The notes under the pieces: generated by a model
The model's input: the letters and a program-made list of their open reading frames with translations, nothing else
Told to the model about the DNA's origin: nothing
Database searches by the model: none
Position numbers and translations under genes: made by a program
Assembly: GCF_001194135.2 (NCBI RefSeq)
Contig: NC_068986.1
Span: 30,069,595-30,133,594 of the forward strand
DNA length: 64,000 nucleotides
Source: Octopus bimaculoides
Lineage: Eukaryota
Reading direction: 5' to 3'
In this document: positions 37,956 to 48,077 of the stretch, piece after piece
Position numbering within the stretch: the first letter of the stretch is position 1
How the letters are laid out: each line of letters opens with the position of its first letter

Positions 37956-38679
37956 TGTTGTGATGATGTGGCTCCTCTTAAATTTCCAAGTCTAAGCCAA
38001 AGTTTCAAGCCAAAACTATTTGGCTTCTAATCTGCAAAAACTCTTCCCATGCATTCTCACATCTTCAAAATAACCCAGTGAGAGAAATTTAAAGTTGTCA
38101 TCAAATAGTAATCTTATAACTTATTTCTAATCATTCTCATATTTCAATTGTTACTATTGTATATTTTTATCCAGTTGCTAACATAAACCAAGTTTCCATT
38201 TTTGAAATTACTACTTCGTTCATGCCTTTCCTTTATAACTTTCTGTATCATTTCCTGTATGTTGTGGTGGTAGTAATGGTGATGGTGTTGACACCATGGC
38301 TAAATTTCATTGATGAGTGAGCATGTTGCTGCTAAGCAGTTATTTATATTTTCAACTCAATTTACAACCATTCAGAAGCCAAGGTGATTTAAATCCCAAC
38401 TAGTTAAGATGTATGAATTAACGATAATCGGTTATCAATCTGTTGCTAATCCATAGTTTAGTGAGAGATTGTCTACAGTGACTGATTTCATGAAGAAACT
38501 GTATACTAGACACTGAGAGAATGTTTTGCTTTTTTGTAATCCTTGTAATAGTTATAGGCGGTTGTAAATACATTGTTTTTGGGCTTCTGATTGTAATTCA
38601 GTTTTATAAATAGTTAATGTAAATGCTTTTGTAGATTATTTTAATTAACCGTATTTTTTAATTAATATTGTCACAACAG

Positions 38680-39119
38680 TAAGGCAGAGAGCTGGAAGAA
38701 ATGTTAGCACGCCAGGTGAAATGCTTAACAGTATTTCGTCTGCCGCTACGTTCTGAGTTCAAATTCCGCCGAGGTTGACTTTGCCTTTCATCCTTGTCCG
38801 GGTCGATAAATTAAGTACCAGTTACACACTGGGGTCGATGTAATCGACTTAATTCCTTTGTCTGTCCTTGTCTGTCCCCTCTATGTTTAGCCCCTTGTGG
38901 GCAATAGAGAAATAAGAAACGTTAGCTCGCCAGGCGAAATGCTTAGCGGTATTTCATCTGTCTTTACATTCTGAGTTCAAATTCCGCCGAGGTTGACTTT
39001 GCCTTTCATCCTTTCGGGGTCGATAAATTAAGTACCAGCTGCGTACTGGAGTCGATTTAATCGACTGCTCCCCCCCCCACTCCCCAAAAATTTCAGGCAT
39101 TGTTCCTAGAGTAGAAAAG
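38680..39119 (+). mobile_element. Dimeric SINE family A (two subtypes fused)
   Basis: The first unit ends gagaaataag and the second starts aaacgttagctcgcc. A perfect 17-bp duplication aatattgtcacaacagt flanks the pair at 38664-38680 and 39120-39136. Confidence 0.85.
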
Positions 39120-39997
39120 AATATTGTCACAACAGTGTTGTTTGTAAATCAATCACATTCAAAATAACTGAGGAAAATGATTCAATGTTGTTCAGAAAAT
39201 GATAATAATGCTACTAATATTAAAGCTTTTGAGCTTAAACTGCCTAAAGGGTAATTCATCTCCCCACAAATTAAGTCTCTAAATGTTTCGTATCTTGTCA
39301 TGAGTATATTATATCTGTTATGAACTTTTTATCCATTAATTGGTATTGCAAGCCATTAATTGACTAGCTTTCAGGCTGACATAGATTACTGTCAGTGTGT
39401 AGAGTACTACTCTCTTTCATATCTACGCCTGTAACACTTAAAATACTAAATCATATTTGATTATGCAATCGTATTTGTTTGATAAGGGATTTAACCTGCA
39501 ATTATGAGTTGTAACGGGAACAATTGCATCAATGCAGAGTCACGGTAAACATTTAGAAAAACACAACTGCTGTTGTTTTCATGTTTGCTTCATTTTGTAA
39601 TCGTATCATATACCTTATTGGTTTCAAGACTAACAGTTTTGGGGGGAAGGATGTAAGTCAATTACATTGACCCCAGTGTTCAACTGGTACTTATTTTATC
39701 GACCCCAAAAGGATGAAAGGCAAAGTCAACTTCAGCAGAATTTGAATTCAGAACATAAAGACAAATGAAATACTTTTAGAAATAATACATTTCTAAATCT
39801 CTCAAAGAGACTTATGCAGTAGTAATACGATGAAGTAGTTGTATGCTGTCAACTTAATGTGACAGTCCCATGAAGGGAATAATACTACTGTTGTTTAGAC
39901 CTGGGAAACTGCACCGCTTCCTGTCAGCCTTGATACATTTCTTGTGTCCTTATGTTTACAAGGGGGAGACAAGCACCTCCACCCAGCTAAGCCTGCA

Positions 39998-40040
39998 TCC
40001 AGAGACATGTTTCTGAGTCTTTGTTCATCATCAGTCTGGA
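39998..40040 (-). ncRNA. Type I hammerhead ribozyme motif (copy 1)
   Basis: The minus strand reads TCCAGA-CTGATGA-TGAA-CAAAGA-CTCA-GAAA-CATGTC-TCTGGA. This gives an intact core, a 6-bp helix I, a helix II with one mismatch and a GUC cleavage triplet. Confidence 0.8.
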
Positions 40041-40415
40041 GTAGCATGACCTGCTAGTCGAAGATGCCTGTCAAGCTCTTGTAAACATATGATAATTCTA
40101 GTGAAATACCTTCACTGATTTCAAATTTAGAAATAATACATTTCTAAATCTCTCATAAGGACACAAGAAATGTATCAAGGCCGACAGGAAGCGGTGCAGT
40201 TTCCTAGGTCTAAACAACAGTAGTATTATTCCCTTCATGGGACTGTCACATTAAGTTGACAGCATACAACTACTTCATCGTATTACTATTGCATAAATCT
40301 CTTGAGAAATTTAGAAATGTATTATTTCTAAATTTGAAATCAGTGACTGTATATCACTAGAATTATTATGTTTACAAGAGCTTAACAGGCATCTTCGACT
40401 AGCAGGTCATGCTAC

Positions 40416-40458
40416 TCCAGACTGATGACGAGCAAAGACTCAGAAACATGTCTCTGGA
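40416..40458 (+). ncRNA. Type I hammerhead ribozyme motif (copy 2)
   Basis: TCCAGA-CTGATGA-CGAG-CAAAGA-CTCA-GAAA-CATGTC-TCTGGA; predicted cleavage after C40452 (GUC). Confidence 0.8.
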
Positions 40459-41222
40459 TGCAGGCATAGCTGGGTGGAGGTGCTTGTCTCCCCCTTGTAA
40501 ACATAAGGACACAGGAAATGTGTCAAGGCCGACAGGAAGTGTTGCAGCTTCCTAGGTTTAAACAACAGTAGTATTATTCCCTTCATGGGACTGTCACATT
40601 AAGTTGACAGGATACAACTACTTCAAACGAAATACTGCTAAACATTTTGTTCAGTGTGCTAACCATTCTGCCAGTTTGCTGCCTTGACATCATATATTTT
40701 ATTAAGAATCAACTTCATTTGTTGTACATCTACAACCTAAACACTGATAGTTATCCCACTACATCTCAGATACAGATTTATGCAGTATTTAAACCCTTAG
40801 GCCTATATCTATTATGAACACCATGTACTTCCAACTAATGGCACTTCACAGTTCATATATATTTCCATAATAATGAATACATCATGACAGTTAACTCTAG
40901 CATATACCAGCTAACAAAGGAATCTTTATGTTGTCAACTGGTCTATTAGAAATAGCAACCAAATCTCCCTTGAATTATATCGAACTTTCCTAAAAAAAGA
41001 GATGGCTATATAAGATGATATATTTTTAGATACCCTTAAACAGGCATGATGGTCAAGGCTGGAAAGCCTTTGATCATAGGCCTTCACTATCAGAACTGTT
41101 AATGAGTTAGTACTTATGGGCTTATACTTAGAAGCATTCCAAAGAGTTTACTACATATAAATTTCCCATTAATCAATTTTTTTTGTATCAGTGAGTGAAA
41201 CAACAACCAGCCAATCAATACC

Positions 41223-41226
<4 letters not shown>

Positions 41227-41264
<38 letters not shown>

Positions 41265-41269
41265 GTCTG

Positions 41270-41310
<41 letters not shown>

Positions 41311-41335
41311 CTCTATCTCTCTCTCTCTCTCTCTT
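41227..41335. repeat. (TC)n microsatellite
   Basis: Seen directly. Confidence 0.9.
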
Positions 41336-41890
41336 ACTCTGTTTACACTAAGCCTGTTTCTTACAATTAAGCACCAAAACATTCAATAAATTTGATGGCT
41401 AAAGTAGCTAGGCTACCCACAAACCACAACTAATATAAATATCATTCTGTTTGCTGTATCAAGTGATAAGTTAGTGGACTAAATCGTTGAATCAACATTT
41501 TCAGTGCATTGTAAATTCAAAGAACTGTAATCTATAATCTATTCAACCATTTGTGTCACATTTACATTTTAGTGGATCACTAACAAATGTTTTATCACCA
41601 AATCAATAATATAAACTGTTTGATCAGAGCATTTTTATGGTTCTTTAGGGGGAAATAGTTCAAAGACTATTCTAAACAGAGATAAATAATATTGTGTCAA
41701 AATACATTTGAAAATTCTGTGTGATGCTCTTGTTATACTAAATCTTTTAAATTTATTAAAATATGATTTCCTATAATATGTTTTGTAGGCAACAGTGTGT
41801 TGTGTGTGTGTACTGGAATAAATAAGATGTGTGAAATTCTGGTTAGTGAATGTTAGTCAAAATAAGCACTTGTACACACTCATACACACA

Positions 41891-41944
<54 letters not shown>

Positions 41945-41982
41945 TACTGATTTTTTTAATGCTGATTTTCATAGATTAAGAC

Positions 41983-42321
41983 AAGGGTAAAGACCCTTTC
42001 AGTCATGAATGACCATGGGATTGCTCCTAGAAAGTTACCCTCTTAGGCACAAGTCCAGTCAAGGTTGTTTATGGAAGACCAGCAGTCACCCATGCATACC
42101 TGCCTCCCCTCTCCATGCCACTGATGTTATCCAAGGAAAAGGAAAAGACCAATACAGCTTGGCACCAGTGACATCACAACTCATTTCTACAAATGAGTGA
42201 ACTGGAGCAACGTGAAATAATATGACTTGCTCAAGAACACAACACACAGCCCGGTCTGGGAATCAAACTCACTACCTCATGATTGTGAGCCCAATGCTCT
42301 AACAACTGAGCCATGCACCTT
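41983..42321 (-). mobile_element. tRNA-head SINE family D
   Basis: The reverse complement starts aaggtgcatggctcagttgttagagcattgggctcacaatcatgaggtagtgagtttgattccc (A/B boxes). It matches 55664-56002 along its length. Confidence 0.85.
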
Positions 42322-42384
42322 AAAGTTCATATGTATTTCATTTCCATCTGTACTTGAAGAATTTAGACTTTGATGTCACAAAAA

Positions 42385-42610
42385 AATTACTAGCCAGGAG
42401 AGAATTCTAGAATGTAGAGGATCAACATCCTGAGTAGGAGGGTAAGAGTGGGTGCTGGGGTGGGGTTGGACACAATATAGGTAGGTGATGAGAGGATGGA
42501 CAGATGTGTCAAGAATGCTTGAGGAGAAGTGAAATGAGATCAGCCAGCTCCAAACAGCAGAGGCCATTGTAACAGTGGTAGAAAAGTAGAGAGAGGAAAC
42601 AGCATGTTTG
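42385..42610 (-). pseudogene. Decayed CR1/L2-like LINE C-terminal fragment
   Basis: Minus frame LSLLFYHCYNGLCCLELADLI resembles the SLFYRYxNGxCSxELA motif of CR1/L2-group ORF2 ends (recalled). Confidence 0.45.
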
Positions 42611-43062
42611 TGTACTAGAAGCTGGAGTGTGTCAATTGAGTATATACATTAGTGAGTCAACTTAACATCAATCCTTGATTCTTTCAATCAACCTGTCCAA
42701 GTTAGGCATTCCTACAATCATATCACAATCACACCTTCGTTGCTGTTGCTGTTCCTGATGTTCTGAATATGGTCAAACATATCCACCCAGATTTAAGAAT
42801 TTAGTTTATTGCAGGTATGACCTGACTTCTCTAATACTAGTGTAGGCAAGTAAAAAGAGAAATAGCAAACAAACATCCCCCAAATTATTCAATCTTCAAA
42901 AAAGACAGATTTATAAAGCAATGTCATCAAGAATACACTAAAATCAAGAATTTGAATAAAATTACTAATTACTGTCTACTAATCAAAGCAACATTACCAT
43001 TTTTGTTCACTATTCCTGACTCTCAGACAAAGGATCAGAGACCAAAACATTAAGTACTTTAC

Positions 43063-43198
43063 TCCTCATGGCAGTTGACCTTATTAAGCGCTTCTAGGTA
43101 CTCTCCTATCGATTTTGGTAATTTGATGACAAATCTTATTTTGGAATTACTTTTAGTATTTGTTCCTATTTGTTGGAACTCCTTGATGCTTGAATCAA
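43063..43198 (-). CDS. Candidate 136-nt exon (DSSIKEFQQIGTNTKSNSKIRFVIKLPKSIGEYLEALNKVNCHE), product unknown
   Basis: Acceptor attatattctttag, 44 open codons and donor GGA|gtaaag. Phase-compatible with 43831-43848 upstream and 32566-32604 downstream. Confidence 0.28.
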
Positions 43199-43265
43199 CT
43201 AAAGAATATAATTTGTTTTTAGTGTTTTTATAGAAAAAAATAGACAAAATAAATTTAGGAAACAT

Positions 43266-43428
43266 AGTGGCTGTGTGGTAAGTAGCTTGCTTACCAACCA
43301 CATGGTTCCGGGTTCAGTCCCACTGCATGGCACCTTGGGCAAGTGTCTACTACTATAGCCTCAGGCTGACCAAAGCCTTGTGAGTGGATTTGGTAGACGG
43401 AAACTGAAAGAAGCCCGTCGTATGTATG

Positions 43429-43461
<33 letters not shown>

Positions 43462-43690
43462 GCGTTTGTGTGTCTGTGTTTGTCCCCCTAGCATTGCTTG
43501 ACAACCGATGGTGGTGTGTTTATGTCCCCGTAACTTAGCAGTTCGGCAAAAGAGACCGATAGAATAAGTACTAGGCTTCCAAAGAATAAGTCCTGGGGTC
43601 GATTTGCTCGACTAAAGGCGGTGCTCCAGCATGGCCGCAGTCAAATGACTGAAACAAGTAAAAAGAAAAAAGAAAAAGAAAAAGAAAAAG
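43266..43690 (+). mobile_element. SINE family B
   Basis: Near full-length, internal (TA)n, (AAAAAG)n tail. Confidence 0.9.
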
Positions 43691-44523
43691 ATTACACATC
43701 TCTTAGAGTCTCTCCCACTCATTTTTTTTTTTTTTTTTTTTACACACACCCATGTAATTTCCTTAAATATATTTCAGAAACCTCTGTGTGCTTTAGATGT
43801 GCAGACAGATGTGTGAATATTTCCCTATACCCATGAGAGAATAGAAATCTGGGAAGAAGTGTAAAGAAATCCTATCCCCCCAAATTGCATACCAAACTCA
43901 CAGCTGTCAGCCACAACATTTTAGCAATGAAAGAAATTCTTCCTATCTTATAAAACCCATTTTAAGCAGTAAAATCCCAGCAAGTAGACATTCTTCAGAG
44001 TAGTTTTAGTCAATAATTTGTATTAGTCAAGGAGTGGTTCCAGTATTTAATTGACTTAGTGCCACAGAAAGCACTGATTAAAATTGCAATAGAAATATGT
44101 AAAATTGTAATGTTCCTAATCTGGTTTTATCTTGGGATAATCTCAGGAGAAATTATCAATTATATCAATAGTGTTTATCTTTTGAAACAGGATATAACAG
44201 CCATAAAGGATAATCTTTTAATTTTAGTTTCAGTGAAAGTTGCTTATTCTTTCTCTTCAATTAAATTTACATGAAGGAAACGAACCCAGGATATTGACAT
44301 ATAAGATAATGTTCTTCAAACCTCTTCAACCTACCATACCAATTTTAGTGCAGATATTTCATGACACACACATCCATAAAGTTGGTCAAAAATAGTATGG
44401 TGAAAATTACATTTTAATAAATTGTTTTATTTAAATATTTGTTGTTTAACTAAAAATATAATTGTACAAAATTATCTTTAAATTATTTGAATGATGAGAT
44501 TAATCATTCTACATCCAGGTGAA

Positions 44524-44648
44524 TATTGGTTTCAAATTTCGGCACAAGGCAAGCAACTAGGGGGAGAAGGTAACTCGATTACATCGACCCCAGTACTTGA
44601 CTGGTACTTATGTTATCGTTCCCAAAAGGTAAAGTCAACCTTGGTGCC
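44524..44648 (-). mobile_element. SINE family A, 3' half
   Basis: tattggtttcaaatttcggcacaaggc...acatcgaccccagtacttgactggtactta. Confidence 0.7.
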
Positions 44649-44763
44649 ACCAATAAATTCAACACTGGCTTTATCAATTATGTTATCAATACATGGTGGC
44701 AGCCCTCCATGAACTAATTTCTATAAACAGTGATTATTATTATAAAAATTCTTTCACAGGGAA

Positions 44764-44982
44764 TATTGGATTCAAATTTTGGCACAAGGCCAGCAATTTC
44801 AGAGGAGGTGGCTAGTTGTTTACACTGGCCCCATTGTTCAAATGATACTTTTTCTTTTCAACCCCGAAAGGATGAAACACAAAGTCGAACTTGATGGAAT
44901 TTGAACTCAAAATGTAAAGATGGATGAAATGCCACTAAGCATTTTGTCCAGCATTCTTACAATTCTGTCAGCTCACCACCTT
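44764..44982 (-). mobile_element. SINE family A
   Basis: Full-length reverse-complement match. Confidence 0.8.
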
Positions 44983-45710
44983 TCTTTCACAAGAAACAGC
45001 AACTTTCCTTTATTGAATGGCAAATGGCAAATAATAACTCTTGAGTTATTTCTCCCTTTTTTATGACTCAAATATAAGCTAACAGCAAGACTTCAATCCC
45101 TTCATTTATTTGTAAAGAAAATCAGGCAGTTCTCTAAAAGTTCCATCATGTGTCTTGCATATTCTTATTTGTTTCATCAATTTATCATATTATTGCTAAA
45201 TGGAATTTTATAGATTATGTCAGATGCTGACTCATGCAACATGCTGCATAGAACTTCTCTAAGAGTTAGAAGAATCTCTGCCAATAGTATATGGCTTTTT
45301 GGATTTAGCAATCAGTAAAGAAATTTTGTAAAAGGTATATAAAGCATCATTTTTTTTGTTTTGTTTTGATGTAGAAGGAGAAAAATGCTTGACAGCATCA
45401 GTTGTTTGCAAAATTGATCTGGAAGTGCTTTAAAATAAGACAAATCTTTATTTGTCTTAGCACAAATTCTTTTCAAGTGCTCTTCTTATCTTGAAGGTTT
45501 CACACATTCATTGGAAAACACTTTATCTCAAATCAGGCACATTGGTTACAGCATGTTTGTAGAATGATGGAATAAAGTCATATCTTACATATTCAATAAT
45601 GTAGTGTCAACATTTCTTCTCCAGTTCTGCCATGGCAATATCTATAAAATAATATATACATGTGTGTGTGTGTGTATCATTATTCTTTTTTTTAACATTA
45701 TTCATTATAG

Positions 45711-46345
45711 GGCAGTGAGCTGGCAAAATTGTTACTGTGCCAGGAAAATACTTAGCAGCATTTCTTCCAACTTTACATCTTGAGTTCAAATGCCACTGGG
45801 GTTAACTTTGCTTTTCATTCTTTTGGGGTTGATAAAATGAGTATCAGTTGAGCACAGGGGTCTATCTAATCAACTTACTCTCTTATCAAAAATTACCGGC
45901 CTTATTCCAAAATTTAAAACCAATATTATTCATTATGGGGCAGTAAGCTAGCAGAACCATTACCACATCAGAAAAATGCTTTGTGATATTTCTTCTGATT
46001 TTATGTTCTGAGTTCAAATTCTGCCAACATCAACTTTATTTTTCACCCCTTCAGTTCAGTAAAATAAGTACCAGTTGAGCACTGGGGTCAATGTAATTAA
46101 CTTTCCAACCTCCATCCTGCTACCTGAAATTGCTGGCTCTGTGCCAAAATTTGAAAGTAATATTATTCATTATAGATATGGCTTGGTAATATTAAAGCAT
46201 TAGACAAAGTACTTTGCAGTATTTGTATTGACGAGGCCAACTTTATTTTTTATTTTCCAGGGATTGATAAGATAAAGAACCAGTCAAGTGTCAGAATCAA
46301 TAAATCATTTATGCTCCTCCCTCAAATTTGAGGCATTGTGCCAAT
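45711..46345 (+). mobile_element. Three head-to-tail decayed family A-type SINEs
   Basis: Units are separated by attattcattat(a/g)g at 45697, 45925 and 46162. Confidence 0.7.
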
Positions 46346-47000
46346 AATAGAAATTATATTTCTCATTAAATAAGATGATGCTCTCTAATTACGCTTAATG
46401 CAATATAGTATTTGAAATACATAGTATTTGGCTATTTATCTTGAAAACAAAATTTTTTAAGGATTTCTCATTGCTATAAACATTTAAAATGTCATAAAGT
46501 TTTATCTACAGAAAAAACAACTGAACTTCAATAACTTTTGGAGTGATTACTTTAGTCTAATTATAAACCTTCAGTTTCAAATTACTTAAGTATTTAATTT
46601 AAATTATATATCTAAAATTACTGAAAGGTTATATGAGTTCATTATTTTGTTTAATCTTTTTAATACCAACCCACATAACATCGGCCCTGGTTTTATTTAA
46701 ATTTCCCATGTTAAATTGATTTAAATCAAAACCTTCCTTCAAAATTTCAGGTTAGTTTATGTTCCAAAATACCAGATTAATAAGGACAAAATTATTTTAC
46801 TGAACTCTTCATCATTTTCAAAATTAACTGAAGCAACTATAACATATTTCAACAGAAATGTGGTAAAAAAGAAGATGGGTGGTTAAGGTTGATAATGGCA
46901 TGGTCTGTACTATACGAAATATTTTACTGCATCCAAAGTTTAATAACACACTTTACCAAGTTCAATTTCTGCTACGATCTTATGTCTTTCATGCTTCCAG

Positions 47001-47026
47001 GGTTGGAAGTGATAATACAAACACTA
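47001..47026 (+). CDS. Candidate 26-nt exon (GLEVIIQTL)
   Basis: Acceptor ttatgtctttcatgcttccag and donor gtaaga. In frame with a strong acceptor at 48220. Confidence 0.2.
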
Positions 47027-47977
47027 GTAAGATAGTGGAATTAAATATATCAGCTATATATTCTTTCTTTATAAAAACTCTCCTATGCCTTGCTAGAATA
47101 AAATCATTGTAAATATTCTCTTTGCCAGTTTCACCAAATATTTTTACGGTCATTTCTTCTATAAAAACAGTGAGAAAAATATTTTTGCAGCTGGGTGGAC
47201 CTCTTAAAAAATGTGACTTCAATTGTGACTGTTACTCAACTGGACAAGAAATAACTGCCAAATTATCTCCAAATCATATTCTGTTATCTTATAAAACTAA
47301 GGGTAGATTAGATAATGCACATTATAGCGACAGAAAGAAACAACAAAAAAGACAGGATGCTTATCACTTTTGATCATTGGATTGCTTAATCAGGGCTAAC
47401 AAAGAACTAAACAATAACAACTGTGAAGATTATGGGGTGAGTTTGATTCCACTGTTCACTACCTTGGACAAGTTCTATTGTAGCCTTATGTTGACTTGTA
47501 CCCTTTTTGTATAGGATTTGGTACAAAGTGAGTGTGCAGAAGTCCATTGCATGTGTGTGTGTGTATGTGTGTACATGCATACATACATACATGGTATAAA
47601 AAAAAGACACACAAAGATGATGTAGAAAAATAAAACACTTAGTGAATTATGTTGATGCTCAGGAAGATTGAAAGAAGTCTTGACTGTTTCAAGCATGCAC
47701 TCTTCTATGGAAAGGATAGATGAGAAGAGAAAAAGATAGAGAGGAAAGAACAAATGTGTTTCAATTAAATGGTCACCACATGTTGAAAATATGTATAGTT
47801 TTTGAAACGGTGTTTATCTCTATGACTTAAGTTTCACAAACTGAAATCTTCTGGTGAGAAGGTCACAGTAGAAGGAAATTCAAATCACAAGGATAAATGA
47901 TTAGTTTCAATAAACCATATGCTCTACAAAATGTATTGAGCCATTCTTTCTCTTACGTTCAACACAATTCAGCATTT

Positions 47978-48077
<100 letters not shown>

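Larger units (their letters stand above)
39775..40623. mobile_element. Penelope-like pLTR / retrozyme-like element: 351-bp unit in partial tandem plus inverted arrangement
   Basis: tttagaaataatacatttctaaatctctc occurs at 39775 and 40126 (period 351). 40154-40623 is the reverse complement of the same unit in permuted order. Flanks are caaatgaaatact (39762-39774) and caaacgaaatact (40624-40636). No ORF. Confidence 0.75.
39616..40686 (-). mobile_element. SINE family A split by the hammerhead-bearing insertion
   Basis: SINE sequence stops at ...acaaatgaaatact (39774) and resumes at aacgaaatactgctaaacattttg...ctgccttg (40626 onward). Confidence 0.85.

Noticed and set aside
42440-42465. G-quadruplex-type motif
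   Set aside because: A single motif inside a decayed LINE fragment, with no supporting context.
44014-44274. 86-codon hydrophobic plus-strand open frame
   Set aside because: No motif recognised. At this base composition about a dozen such frames are expected per window by a rough calculation.
46879-46980. Serine-protease-like NILLHPKFNNTL
   Set aside because: The following catalytic Asp motif (DIALL) is absent and there are no other protease exons.
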